DNA of 64,000 nt from an uncultured Candidatus Halobonum sp. Lineage in GTDB: Archaea > Halobacteriota > Halobacteria > Halobacteriales > Haloferacaceae. Of the stretch, positions 28,374 to 38,837 are shown in pieces (the first letter of the stretch is position 1; every line of letters begins with the position of its first letter). The DNA is taken from positions 65,473 through 129,472 of the forward strand of contig CAZCXJ010000002.1 in assembly GCA_964502585.1 (NCBI GenBank), read 5' to 3'. Position numbers and translations under genes: made by a program. The notes below the pieces were generated by a model, which was not told where the DNA came from, searched no databases, and saw only the letters and a program-made list of their open reading frames with translations.

Positions 28374-31300
28374 ATGAACCCGGGCGAAGAACGCTACTTT
28401 GCACGTATCGAAGCGGAACTCGAGGATGCGATCAACCGGGCTGAGGCGGCGAAAGCGAGCCACCGGGACCCTTCGACCGAGGTGGAGATTCCCGTCGCGA
28501 AGGACATGGCCGATCGGGTCGAAAAGGTGCTCGACATCCCTGGCGTCGCGGACCGGGTCCGGACGCTTGAAAACGAGATGTCGCGGGAAGAGGCGGCACT
28601 GGAACTCGTCCACGACTTCGTCGAGGGGACCGTCGGCGACTTCGACACGCGGGCTGGAAAGATCGAGGGTGCGGTCCGGACAGCAGTCGCGTTACTGACC
28701 GAAGGTGTCGTTGCAGCCCCAATCGAGGGAATCGATCGTGTCGAACTCCTCGAAAACGATGATGGATCGGAGTTCATCAACGTCTACTACGCCGGGCCGA
28801 TCCGTTCAGCCGGGGGTACTGCACAGGCGTTGTCGGTCCTGGTGGCTGACTACGCCCGGTCGTTATTGGGGATCAGCGAGTACCAGGCACGCGACATCGA
28901 GGTGGAACGGTATGCCGAAGAGGTAGCCCTCTACGACGAGGACACCGGATTGCAGTACACCCCGAGCGACGACGAAACGAAACACATCGCCCGTCACATG
29001 CCAATCATGCTTGACGGGGAGGCGACCGGCGATGTGGAGGTTTCGGGCTTTCGGGATCTCGAGCGGGTGGACACCAACAACCCCCGGGGTGGGATGTGTC
29101 TCGTGCTCGCGGAGGGGATCGCGCTGAAGGCACCAAAGATCCAGCGATACACTCGTGAACTCGACGAGGTTGAATGGCCGTGGCTTCAGGATCTCATCGA
29201 CGGAACGGTAAAGCAGGACTCGGACGGCGACGAGGACGAGCCAGGACCTGAACCCGGTGAGGAAGGCGGGGAAGCGAGAACGGACGAACGTGACCCACAC
29301 GGCGGGGCCCCGCGGGCCGAGGCCTCCGCGAAGTATCTGCGGGATCTGATAGCCGGACGGCCGGTCTTCTCACATCCATCCGAATCCGGCGGCTTCAGAC
29401 TCAGGTACGGGCGCGCCCGAAATCACGGCTTCGCGACCGGCGGCGTCAATCCGGCGACTATGCGGATCGTCGACGACTTCCTGGCTCCTGGCACACAGCT
29501 GAAGACGGAACGTCCGGGAAAGGCCCACGGGGTCGTCCCGGTTGACAGTATCGAGGGACCGACCGTCCGGCTAGCGAACGGTGACGTCCGCCGTATCGAC
29601 GATCCGGAAGAAGCACTCGAGGTCAGGAACGGGGTCGAAGAGATCATCGATCTGGGAGAATACCTGGTCAACTTCGGCGAGTTCGTGGAGAACAACCAGC
29701 CGCTGGCGCCCGCTTCGTACACCGTCGAGTGGTGGGAGCAGGACCTTGCAACCGCGGGGGCGAACCTCCAAGCCCTGCGGGACGATCCACGGGTCGACCT
29801 CGATGACCCGACGGCCAAGAACGCCCTCGAGTGGGCTACGGAGTACGAGACCCCGCTTCATCCGAAGTACACGTACCTCTGGCATGACGTCAGTGTCAGG
29901 GACCTTCGAGCGCTCGTCGAGGCGATTGTCGAGGGGGAAGTCACAGGCCACGGAGATCTGCTCATTCTCGAGAACATCGAGCCCGTGCGTCGAACCCTAG
30001 AAGAACTTCTGGTGAGTCACTCGGCCACCCCCGATTCGCTCCGGATTCCCGATTTTCGGCCGCTGCTCCGCTCGCTCGGTATCGACGACGCACTTCAGTG
30101 CAGCTGGACCGTGGAAGATCTGAGTGTCACGGCACGCGAATACGACGGGGGAACCAACGCGATACGTGCGGTCAACGAGGTAGCCCCGTTCGAAGTCCGC
30201 GAACGGGCGCCCACGCGTGTCGGGTGTCGGATGGGTCGCCCCGAGAAGTCCGAAAAGCGGGAGTTGTCGCCAGCGGTTCATACGCTGTTCCCGATCGGGG
30301 AGGCGGGCGGGAACCAACGGGACGTCGGGAAGGCAGCCCGAACCAGGACGGAGCATGGGAAAGGGATACTTGAGCTAGAAGTCGGCGAACGGGCCTGTGA
30401 GGACTGTGATCGCCGGGCCTACGAGACCCGGTGTCCGGAGTGTGGGGGCCATACGGAACCGTACTACGAGTGTAATGATTGTGAGATCGGGGCACAGCCA
30501 GACGAGGCCGGCCGTGTGGAATGTCCCCGGTGTGGCGACCACATTTCGAGTCCGAGCCGTCACCAGATCGACGTCGGGACGGCGTATCAGGACGCGCTCG
30601 ATGCGGTCGGTGAACGCGAGGCGGCGTTCGAGATCCTCAAGGGGGTCAAAGGATTGTCGTCGGCTCACAAAACCCCCGAACCGCTCGAAAAGGGCGTGCT
30701 GCGCGCAAAGCATGACGTCTCGGTGTTCAAAGACGGGACCATCCGGTACGACATGACGGACCTGCCGGTAACTGCAGTCCGGCCGGCCGAACTGGATGTC
30801 TCAGCCGACCACTTTCGCGAGTTGGGATACGAGACAGATGTTGAGGGCGAGCCGCTGCGTCACGACGATCAACTGGTCGAACTCAAGATCCAAGATGTCA
30901 TCCTCTCGGAGGGGGCCGCCGAGCATATGACCCGGACTGCGGATTTCGTGGACGAACTGCTCACGGACGTCTACGGTCTGGACCCGTTTTACGAACTTAC
31001 CGGACGCGACGACCTCGTCGGGGAACTTGTCTTCGGAATGGCACCACACACGAGCGCCGCGGTCGTCGGGCGGGTCGTTGGGTTCACGTCCGCCTCGGTC
31101 GGCTATGCACATCCCTACTTCCATGCGGCCAAGCGTCGGAACTGTTTCCACCCCGAAACGAAGCTGTGGTATCGCGACGGGACGGACGAGTGGCATCACC
31201 AGTCCGTTGAACGGTTCGTCGAGGAACGACTCGACTCCCGGAGCGCATCCCAGGACGACTTCGGTGCACTCGTAACAGAACTTGAGGAGGACGTGTACGT

Positions 31301-32474
31301 TCCCTCGGTGACGACTGAAGGGGCCGAACGGCTGAAGCCCGTCGAGGCCGTGTCCAAACACCCCTCACCCCACCACCTGATCCGAATCGAAACGCAAGAA
31401 GGGCGGTCGGTGACCGTCACTCCAGAGCATTCGATGCGTCGGTGGGACGACGGCATCGAACGTGTCGACGCACGTGACCTTGCTGTCGGCGATACGCTTC
31501 CGGTTCCGGCGGATGTGGAATTCGATCAAGAGCAGCACCAAGCCCGTCTTGCAGCCGACGGAGCAGGTACCGGCTCACGATCCCGCGGGCGGCCCCAGAC
31601 CGGAGCATCGCTTCCCGTCGACAAGGTCATCACGGTCGACCCCGTCCGGAGTGGGACGAAACACACCTACTCGCTGACCGTTGGGGGGACCAACACGCTG
31701 GTGGCTAACGACCTGTACGTCGGTCAGTGTGATGGGGACGAGGATTGTGTGATGCTCCTGATGGACGGGCTCATCAACTTCTCCAAACAATACTTGCCCG
31801 ATTCTCGTGGGGGGAGGATGGACGCACCTTTGGTCATGTCCTCCCGGATCGACCCGGCCGAAATCGACGACGAAGCGCACAACATCGACGTAGTGGACCG
31901 GTATCCACGGGAGCTCTACGAGGCATCCCGGCGGCTGGCTGATCCCGAAGAGGTCAGGATCGAACTCGCCGAGGACACCCTCGGAACTCCCGACGCGTAC
32001 CACGGGTTCGCTCACACCCACGATACCAGTGATATCGCAGCAGGGCCCAACCTTTCCGCGTACAAGACGCTCGGGTCGATGATGGACAAGATGGATGCCC
32101 AGTTGGAACTGGCCCGCACGCTGCGGGCAGTCGACGAGACCGACGTCGCCGAACGCGTGATCGAGTATCATTTCCTCCCGGATCTCATCGGGAACCTTCG
32201 GGCGTTCTCGCGGCAGGAAACGCGCTGTCTGGACTGTGGCGAAAAATACCGTCGGATGCCACTTTCGGGAGACTGCCGCGAATGTGGGGGCGACGTCACC
32301 CTGACGGTTCATGAAGGGTCCGTGAACAAGTATCTGGGCACGGCACTGCGTGTGGCCGAGGAGTATGGCTGTCGGGAGTATACGAAGCAGCGGCTCGAGA
32401 TTCTCGATCGATCCATCGAATCCGTGTTCCAAAATGACAAAAACAAGCAGAGCGGGATTGCGGACTTCATGTAA
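28374..32474 (+). CDS. polD2: DNA polymerase D (PolD) large subunit DP2, intein-containing precursor
   Basis: 1366 aa; DP2 motifs including the catalytic KRRN|CDGDEDC, interrupted between N and C by a 195-aa insert; C-terminal Zn-finger clusters (CLDCGEKY...CRECGG). Confidence 0.9.
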   Translation: MNPGEERYFARIEAELEDAINRAEAAKASHRDPSTEVEIPVAKDMADRVEKVLDIPGVADRVRTLENEMSREEAALELVHDFVEGTVGDFDTRAGKIEGAVRTAVALLTEGVVAAPIEGIDRVELLENDDGSEFINVYYAGPIRSAGGTAQALSVLVADYARSLLGISEYQARDIEVERYAEEVALYDEDTGLQYTPSDDETKHIARHMPIMLDGEATGDVEVSGFRDLERVDTNNPRGGMCLVLAEGIALKAPKIQRYTRELDEVEWPWLQDLIDGTVKQDSDGDEDEPGPEPGEEGGEARTDERDPHGGAPRAEASAKYLRDLIAGRPVFSHPSESGGFRLRYGRARNHGFATGGVNPATMRIVDDFLAPGTQLKTERPGKAHGVVPVDSIEGPTVRLANGDVRRIDDPEEALEVRNGVEEIIDLGEYLVNFGEFVENNQPLAPASYTVEWWEQDLATAGANLQALRDDPRVDLDDPTAKNALEWATEYETPLHPKYTYLWHDVSVRDLRALVEAIVEGEVTGHGDLLILENIEPVRRTLEELLVSHSATPDSLRIPDFRPLLRSLGIDDALQCSWTVEDLSVTAREYDGGTNAIRAVNEVAPFEVRERAPTRVGCRMGRPEKSEKRELSPAVHTLFPIGEAGGNQRDVGKAARTRTEHGKGILELEVGERACEDCDRRAYETRCPECGGHTEPYYECNDCEIGAQPDEAGRVECPRCGDHISSPSRHQIDVGTAYQDALDAVGEREAAFEILKGVKGLSSAHKTPEPLEKGVLRAKHDVSVFKDGTIRYDMTDLPVTAVRPAELDVSADHFRELGYETDVEGEPLRHDDQLVELKIQDVILSEGAAEHMTRTADFVDELLTDVYGLDPFYELTGRDDLVGELVFGMAPHTSAAVVGRVVGFTSASVGYAHPYFHAAKRRNCFHPETKLWYRDGTDEWHHQSVERFVEERLDSRSASQDDFGALVTELEEDVYVPSVTTEGAERLKPVEAVSKHPSPHHLIRIETQEGRSVTVTPEHSMRRWDDGIERVDARDLAVGDTLPVPADVEFDQEQHQARLAADGAGTGSRSRGRPQTGASLPVDKVITVDPVRSGTKHTYSLTVGGTNTLVANDLYVGQCDGDEDCVMLLMDGLINFSKQYLPDSRGGRMDAPLVMSSRIDPAEIDDEAHNIDVVDRYPRELYEASRRLADPEEVRIELAEDTLGTPDAYHGFAHTHDTSDIAAGPNLSAYKTLGSMMDKMDAQLELARTLRAVDETDVAERVIEYHFLPDLIGNLRAFSRQETRCLDCGEKYRRMPLSGDCRECGGDVTLTVHEGSVNKYLGTALRVAEEYGCREYTKQRLEILDRSIESVFQNDKNKQSGIADFM
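31143..31727 (+). other. mini-intein (195 aa, no homing-endonuclease domain) inside polD2, splicing junctions N/CFHPE...LYVGQ/C
   Basis: Insert begins with Cys directly after KRRN and ends with Gln before the conserved CDGDED extein Cys. Same insertion site and C-terminal Gln as the known Pyrococcus PolII-type inteins. Frame-checked against the DNA. Confidence 0.8.
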
Positions 32475-32635
32475 TTCGGGGCTGTTTCCCGGGCAGGAGT
32501 GATAACCCACTCCGTATCGGGTGTCCTGACGGGTCCCCTCATTGGACACGCTCGTCTGGCGGATCTGGAAACAACTCGCTAGCTCGGTGGGGAGTCACCC
32601 AACCGTTTTGCCACGTGCGTGCCTATCGTTCACAC

Positions 32636-32938
32636 ATGGCGTCCGAAGAAAGCGAAGCGATGGTGGCCGAAGTCGAGATCGGTCAGACGGTATACGACGA
32701 GGACGGTACCGAGCTCGGGAACGTCCGAGGACTCGATGAGGTGGGGTTCTATGTCAAGGCCAGGGAGGGAAGCGAGAAGCTAACTGTCGAACAGGCACGG
32801 GATGTGTTCGGGAAAGCGTACGTGATGTGGCGCTGCTGGGAGTGCGGAGCGATGGAACAGATCGAGGGACAACTCCCGGACGAATGCCCCGACTGCGGAG
32901 CCCCACGTGAAGAACTGTACTACTGGGCCGAAGACTGA
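32636..32938 (+). CDS. small zinc-ribbon protein
   Basis: C-terminal CWECG...CPDCG (C-x2-C-x17-C-x2-C); acidic N-terminal half; alternative start 32615. Confidence 0.5.
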   Translation: MASEESEAMVAEVEIGQTVYDEDGTELGNVRGLDEVGFYVKAREGSEKLTVEQARDVFGKAYVMWRCWECGAMEQIEGQLPDECPDCGAPREELYYWAED

Positions 32939-32943
32939 ACGCG

Positions 32944-34566
32944 CTATTCGACGTACCCCAGGTCTCGTAACCGTTCTTTCGCCTCCTCATCCATCTCGGC
33001 CAGCGAGTCATCGGTTGGCCGCACCTCCTCCTTGTCCGACCAGGCTCCGCCGACGGCCCGTTCGAAGTCAGCCAAGGCACCTTCGGTCTCGACGAGCGAT
33101 TCGGTGTCAGTCCATGTCCCGCGGGCTACGAGGTTCTGTGACTCCGCGGGGTCGGTGTCGAGTCGGTAGGCTTCGTCCTCGATTCGATCGATTCGGACGT
33201 ACTTTGCGTCCGGGCGGCGGGCGGCCCGCATCCGCGCGTAGAATCGTGAGTCTGCGGGGATGTCGATGCCCGCAGCGGACGCTTTTTCTTCCAGTTGCTT
33301 GAGTTCGATAACGGGCCGCGAGTACTCGATGAACGCGTACCGGCCGTCGTCGTTGGCGGGGACAGCTTGTCCGGGGTCGGGGTTCGCGGCTCCCGAGAAG
33401 TCGCGATAATCGGCCGACAATAACGATCGTGAGTGGTCCAACGGGACCGCCGTTTCCCCCTTGTTGGCCGGGGTTCCGCCAGTGACAGAAAGGCTATCCA
33501 GCACCGTGTGGTACAGGTCCAGCAGCTCGACGGAATGATCCCGCCACCCCCCGTCGAGTCCGGGGTGACGGACCAGGAGCGGAACGTTCACCAGCGGGTC
33601 ATACAGGCCAAACTCGTGGCCGTATAGGTCGTGTTCGCCGTGGAGTTCCCCATGATCGGCACAGATCACGAGTGCGGTCTCATCCCACTGTTCAGTCTCC
33701 TTGAGCCAGTCGAACAATCGGTTCAACTCCGCATCGATGTGAGCGATTTCAGCGTCGTACAGTCCGCGGATTGCGTCCCATTCGGCGTCATCGATGTCCC
33801 GGGCACCGGAGTTATACTCTTTCGAGTTCTGACAGACGGTGGTCGAGTCCACCCCGGGGGCGAACCGCTCGGCGTACTCCGCAGGTGGGTGATAGGGAAG
33901 GTGCGCATCCATCAGGTTGATGAAAACGAACCAGTCGTCGCCCGCCGTGTTCGCTGACTCGATAAACGTGCGAGTACGGTCGATGACTCGGGGTGTTTTC
34001 GACTCCGCTCCTTCCCCTCCTGCAAGCAACTCATGGGCGGTGTTTCCCAAGGAGACGAGTTTGTCGGCGATACGACGCAGTCTCTCGTTATCGTTGAGCG
34101 TCTTCCAGGCACGGGCTAGTGGTCCGGACAGCAGGTCACTGGGCATCACCTGGAAGAAGTTGTCCTGGTCATCGAAGCCGTCGGTGAGATGGGTGTACGG
34201 AGTGATCCAAGCGTTCGACGAGTAACAGGCGGTCGCGTACCCCGCCATAGACAACGTCTCTGCAAGCGTCGTGGCTCCCTCCAGGTACGGGTTCTCCTGG
34301 TCAGCCCCGTGGACGCTCGGATACAACCCGGTGAACAGTGAAGCATGGACGGGGAGCGTCCACGGGGCAGGGGCAACAGCCTGGTCGAAGACGGTGGTCT
34401 CGTCTTCGGCAGCCAACGCGTCCAGACCTGGGGTCGTCCCCTGGTCGTAGCCGTACGGGCCGAGTCGGTCCTTACGGACCGTGTCCATGACGACAAACAG
34501 AACGTTGTCGACGTCCTGTCCGTCGCCAGAGTCTGTCATACTAAATACGTCTCGACCGTCCGGCAT
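32944..34566 (-). CDS. sulfatase-like hydrolase/transferase (alkaline-phosphatase superfamily) lacking the formylglycine Cys
   Basis: Sulfatase N-terminal architecture (NVLFVVMDTVRKDRLGPYG) but the C/S-x-P-x-R site reads APWTLPVHASLFTG. Confidence 0.7.
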   Translation of the reverse strand: MPDGRDVFSMTDSGDGQDVDNVLFVVMDTVRKDRLGPYGYDQGTTPGLDALAAEDETTVFDQAVAPAPWTLPVHASLFTGLYPSVHGADQENPYLEGATTLAETLSMAGYATACYSSNAWITPYTHLTDGFDDQDNFFQVMPSDLLSGPLARAWKTLNDNERLRRIADKLVSLGNTAHELLAGGEGAESKTPRVIDRTRTFIESANTAGDDWFVFINLMDAHLPYHPPAEYAERFAPGVDSTTVCQNSKEYNSGARDIDDAEWDAIRGLYDAEIAHIDAELNRLFDWLKETEQWDETALVICADHGELHGEHDLYGHEFGLYDPLVNVPLLVRHPGLDGGWRDHSVELLDLYHTVLDSLSVTGGTPANKGETAVPLDHSRSLLSADYRDFSGAANPDPGQAVPANDDGRYAFIEYSRPVIELKQLEEKASAAGIDIPADSRFYARMRAARRPDAKYVRIDRIEDEAYRLDTDPAESQNLVARGTWTDTESLVETEGALADFERAVGGAWSDKEEVRPTDDSLAEMDEEAKERLRDLGYVE

Positions 34567-34802
34567 ACGTTTTCCGCTCCGCAGGGTCTCCTCGGGACCG
34601 GGAGGGGCGTATTGATATCGCGGTCAATAGTTTATTTGCCCCATGCAGGAGCGGGTGAGGACGCCGACAGGATACCGTCATTCGGTTCGACCTGCCGTCA
34701 ATCTGGGAGACCCAAGACGGAGACCACGCTGCCTGGGTTGATTGAGTCGGGGTGAAAAGGAATAGTCTGAGACTATCGGTCCGGAGGACAGCCGGGACCC
34801 GG

Positions 34803-35180
34803 TCAGAACGGAGCCTGAGGCCCTTCGTCGTCGTCTGAGCTGTCAGTCCCGGGGAAGGAGGGCGACATCCCATCGCTAGACTGCCCCATTCCACCGAGAT
34901 CACCGTCTGCTCCTCCGCCCATGCCGGTATCGGCGTGAACCTTCTTGATTTCAGGGATCTCTTTGACCATGCGCGACTTGATCGCCTGAATAGTCATCGG
35001 GGAGATCCCGCAACCTGAGCAGGCACCCCCGAGCTGGACGTGGACTTCGCCCGACTCCCGGTCCAAGTGGCTGATAGCAGCGCTGCCCCCGTGCATCTGG
35101 ATCTGTGGGAAGTTCCGACGGAGGAAGTTCGTGACCCGCTCTCGCAGGTCGTCGTCGGCATCCTGTGAGTCAGTACTCAT
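34803..35180 (-). CDS. NifU/Nfu-type Fe-S cluster scaffold domain protein
   Basis: GGACSGCGISPMTIQ (CxxC Nfu motif) plus acidic Gly-rich tail. Confidence 0.75.
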   Translation of the reverse strand: MSTDSQDADDDLRERVTNFLRRNFPQIQMHGGSAAISHLDRESGEVHVQLGGACSGCGISPMTIQAIKSRMVKEIPEIKKVHADTGMGGGADGDLGGMGQSSDGMSPSFPGTDSSDDDEGPQAPF

Positions 35181-35312
35181 AGTATCCGGGCTTCGTCGCG
35201 ACCGCGTTTATGCTTTGTGCTCACTGGAGGGGCCGTTCCGTCGAGAATCACTGTGGGGCGCGGGCGGCAGGCCAGACCGGGATCCGAGCCTCGCCGGACA
35301 GGGATATCAGGA

Positions 35313-35642
35313 CTATCCCTGTGAAGGCGGCTCCATGTCGAAGACATGATACAGTTCGGCTTCGATTTCAGCGACGTATCGATCCAAGACCTCGTCCAGA
35401 GTGTCATCAGCGACCGATACAGCAGTCACCCTCTCAGCTGGATCAGAGGGGAGGTCTACATGGAACGCCCCCTCCTCATAGAACGGTTCGGATTCGTTCA
35501 GGATCTGCTGATCGATAGCGTGGACTAGCTCAGAGTCGTGTGTATCGTTCATCGTCTCGAAGGCGTTCTTGTACGCCCGCTGGAGCTCGGTGAAGTAGTG
35601 TGCGTACTTGTTCTCGAACTTCTCCCGATCGAACTCGGTCAT
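35313..35642 (-). CDS. hypothetical protein
   Basis: 109 aa acidic ORF in the gap between nifU and the ATPase gene. Confidence 0.45.
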   Translation of the reverse strand: MTEFDREKFENKYAHYFTELQRAYKNAFETMNDTHDSELVHAIDQQILNESEPFYEEGAFHVDLPSDPAERVTAVSVADDTLDEVLDRYVAEIEAELYHVFDMEPPSQG

Positions 35643-35788
35643 GTCCAGTGGTTAGGCCGGACAGGTGAAAAGCCAGCCGCTTCGTCGTAAACCGATTACC
35701 ACGATATCGAACCCTGAACCGCGTGAGGAAGATCATGGAGGTGAAGCTCCCATGTGTCAGTCAGCCGCCCAGGGAGGGTGTCATGTGC

Positions 35789-36421
35789 TCAGAAAGGGGT
35801 CCAAGCGGTGGTCGCTTTGTTCCCCTCGCGGATTCGCAACTCCCTGCCAGTCCCGGAGTCGCTTTCGCGCGTATCCACTACCGTATCGAACGGCTCGTAC
35901 AGGGTGTGTAGCGTTTGCTCGTCGTGCATCGTGGACCCGATGACGGCAACGGTAAACCAGTCTTCGCTTTCAGCCTGCTTGGTCAGGACCCGGACGAACT
36001 GGTAGACGTCCTGAGCGTCAAGGTACATCAGCATCTCGGATAACGAGTGGAGCCCGACCCCGACCGTCTCGGGCTCTTCCCGGAATTCCTCAAACAGATC
36101 CGTGAACTTCATTCCAATCTCGGTGACGTTCTGTGGGGAGGCGGCATACCGGATACCCGGTTCGTCCCGGGCTGTCGCTTCCTGCTGACGGGTGACACAG
36201 TCGACGACGCCGACTGCGTCGTCGCCGACACCCGCCATGGTTGTGAAATCCCGTCGAACGTCCGTTGCTCGATCCCCCGTCGCGATGATGATTGCTCGTT
36301 GGGCTCCGGCGGCGATTATACGAAGCATCAGTTCGTACTTGCCAGTCATCGGAGGGCCGGCAACAAGGAGGCTCCGCCCCTCGAATGGGCCGTCAAGGGG
36401 CAGCGGGGCGGCCTCGGCCAT
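35789..36421 (-). CDS. single-domain RecA-superfamily (KaiC/RadA-like) ATPase
   Basis: Walker A GPPMTGKYEL and RecA-fold layout from start MAEAAPL; ORF extends to 36517 but upstream residues look non-coding. Confidence 0.6.
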   Translation of the reverse strand: MAEAAPLPLDGPFEGRSLLVAGPPMTGKYELMLRIIAAGAQRAIIIATGDRATDVRRDFTTMAGVGDDAVGVVDCVTRQQEATARDEPGIRYAASPQNVTEIGMKFTDLFEEFREEPETVGVGLHSLSEMLMYLDAQDVYQFVRVLTKQAESEDWFTVAVIGSTMHDEQTLHTLYEPFDTVVDTRESDSGTGRELRIREGNKATTAWTPF

Positions 36422-36650
36422 ACTGGAGGAAGACGACGGACATACAAAAATGTGGGTACGTTTTGACCGACTCCGGGGGGAATCCCACGGCGTCGTGGGG
36501 ATGTTGATAAAGGACACATATCAACAATCGTGAAAGAGCAGGCCGGGGACGTTCGCCCGTTCTGAAAGCTGGTGACACGGTCCCCGTCCGAGCGAGGGGC
36601 TTATCCTCGACGAGTAAGGCTTTATCCCCTGACCCGCCTAGGGCTCGTAA

Positions 36651-38033
36651 ATGGTACTTGACGATCTGGGAAGCTCCCTCCGTGGCACCCTCAACGACCT
36701 CCGGGGGAAGTCCCGGCTGGACGAGGAGGACGTCAAGGAGGTCGTTAAGGAGATCCAGCGGTCGCTTCTGTCCGCTGACGTCGACACGAGCCTGGTGATG
36801 GACCTGTCGGACCGGATCGAGCAACGGGCACTCGAGGAGGAGCCTCCGGGCGGGACGACGGCCCGTGACCATGTCCTCCGAATCGTATACGAGGAGTTGG
36901 TCGAACTCGTCGGAGAGTCGACTGAACTACCTCTGGAACCACAAACGATCCTGCTTGCGGGACTCCAGGGGTCGGGGAAGACCACCAGCGCCGCCAAGAT
37001 TGCGTGGTGGTTTTCGAAGAAGGGGCTTCGACCGGCGGTGATCCAGACGGATACTTTCAGACCCGGGGCTTACGATCAAGCCAAGCAGATGGCCGAACGG
37101 GCCGAAGTCGAGTTCTATGGCGATCCTGACGCGGAGGATCCGGTTCAGATTGCTCGAGACGGACTCGAGGCGACGAGTGATGCCGAGGTTCGCATCGTCG
37201 ATACAGCTGGTCGACACGCGCTCGAAGAAAACCTCATCACAGAGATAGAAGAGATCGAAGACGTGGTCAACCCTGATGCGTCGTTGCTCGTCCTGGACGC
37301 GGCCATCGGACAAGGTGCCAAAAAGCAAGCCAGCGAGTTCGAAGACGCAATCGGTATCGACGGGGTCGTCGTTACCAAGCTCGACGGGACAGCCAAAGGG
37401 GGCGGCGCACTAACCGCGGTGAACGAGACGGGCTCGTCAATCGCGTTCCTCGGGACGGGTGAAACGGTCCAGGATGTCGAACGATTCGAGCCAAATGGGT
37501 TCATTTCCCGATTACTCGGGATGGGAGACCTCCAGCAGCTCGCTGAACGGGTCGAGCGGGCAATGGAGGAAACGGAAGCGGAGGAAGACGATTGGGATCC
37601 CGAGGAAATGCTCGAAGGTGAGTTCACGCTGGTCGACCTCCGGAAGCAGATGGAGACGATGAATCGGATGGGACCGTTGGATCAGGTGCTGGATATGATC
37701 CCCGGGCTCGGTGGCGGCATGATGGACCAATTGCCGGACGACGCGATGGACGTCACGCAGGACCGGATGCGGAAGTTCGAGGTCGTGATGGATTCCATGA
37801 CTGAAGAGGAGTTGGAGAACCCACGCTCGATCGGCGCCGAACAGGTCCGTCGGATCGCGCGGGGAAGCGGTACGGACGAAGAGACGGTAGAAGAGCTGCT
37901 CGAGCAGCACCGAATGATGGAACGCGCACTCGACCAGTTCCGCGGAATGGGCCAGGCCGACATGGAACGGATGATGAAGCGGATGCAGGAGCAGGGCGGT
38001 GGGATGGGAGGCATGGGCCCATTCGGCGATTGA
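36651..38033 (+). CDS. srp54: signal recognition particle protein SRP54
   Basis: N-domain, G-domain [23 protein letters not shown] motifs; M-domain with Met-rich tail. Confidence 0.95.
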   Translation: MVLDDLGSSLRGTLNDLRGKSRLDEEDVKEVVKEIQRSLLSADVDTSLVMDLSDRIEQRALEEEPPGGTTARDHVLRIVYEELVELVGESTELPLEPQTILLAGLQGSGKTTSAAKIAWWFSKKGLRPAVIQTDTFRPGAYDQAKQMAERAEVEFYGDPDAEDPVQIARDGLEATSDAEVRIVDTAGRHALEENLITEIEEIEDVVNPDASLLVLDAAIGQGAKKQASEFEDAIGIDGVVVTKLDGTAKGGGALTAVNETGSSIAFLGTGETVQDVERFEPNGFISRLLGMGDLQQLAERVERAMEETEAEEDDWDPEEMLEGEFTLVDLRKQMETMNRMGPLDQVLDMIPGLGGGMMDQLPDDAMDVTQDRMRKFEVVMDSMTEEELENPRSIGAEQVRRIARGSGTDEETVEELLEQHRMMERALDQFRGMGQADMERMMKRMQEQGGGMGGMGPFGD

Positions 38034-38302
38034 GCAGGCCGACCGGACGGCCAGAGGAGACATCCCAGGCCTTGTCGACTGCGTAACTTCTGTGCAGGAC
38101 GCGGCTTTCGCACGGCGTGACTGCGAGGGGCCTCTCGTCGAACCCGGGGCCGGGACCTAGCCGGCACCGGGCAACGCGCGCCAGGGTCTTCGCTACCGAC
38201 GCGTCTTTTGCCTGGAGGATTCCGTCGTTCGATACACCCGGTGAGCGGAGGCATGGTGAGCCAGACCAGGGGTAATTATCCCCTGGAGGATAATGTCCGG
38301 TC

Positions 38303-38827
38303 GTGAATGTCCGTCGCCCTGCCAATATCGACGAGTTTCGTGCCGCCTTCGAGGTGAACCGCGACGCTTGGCGCGCCGCGTACGCTGATATCCTTCCGGA
38401 CGAGGTGATTTCTGGCCTTTCGGTTCCGGAGGGGACGGACCTTCGTGACCGATACAGAACGACAGTTGGAACCGAACATCGATCCTTCTTGATAGCCGTC
38501 GATACCGGGAGAAGGGCAGTAGTCGGCTTCACAGAGTTCATATGGGATCCGATGGAAACGAAAGCCTTCGTCGGCGAGAACGAGGCGGGCCTTCGGGCCA
38601 TCTATGTGACTCCCAACCGGTGGGGCGAAGGAATCGGGACCGAACTTTTGACCGAGGGACTCCACCGGATTCCGCCCGACCGTGAACGATTACTCCTGGA
38701 GGTGTTCCAGGAGAACAACGCCGCGCAGGGGTTCTACGAGGCTAGAGGGTTCGAGCCAGTGGCCGAGGGCACGTTCGAAATAGCCGGGCAGTCCTATCCG
38801 ACGACGGTATACGCTCGGCGACTGTAA
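38303..38827 (+). CDS. GNAT family N-acetyltransferase
   Basis: Acetyl-CoA binding motif RWGEGIGTELL; 174 aa. Confidence 0.7.
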   Translation: MNVRRPANIDEFRAAFEVNRDAWRAAYADILPDEVISGLSVPEGTDLRDRYRTTVGTEHRSFLIAVDTGRRAVVGFTEFIWDPMETKAFVGENEAGLRAIYVTPNRWGEGIGTELLTEGLHRIPPDRERLLLEVFQENNAAQGFYEARGFEPVAEGTFEIAGQSYPTTVYARRL

Positions 38828-38837
38828 TCCCAGCGAA

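Noticed and set aside
37512-38601. Minus-strand ORFs (183, 190, 282 aa) antisense to srp54 and the GNAT gene
   Set aside because: Overlap two strongly supported genes; Arg/Pro-rich translations.
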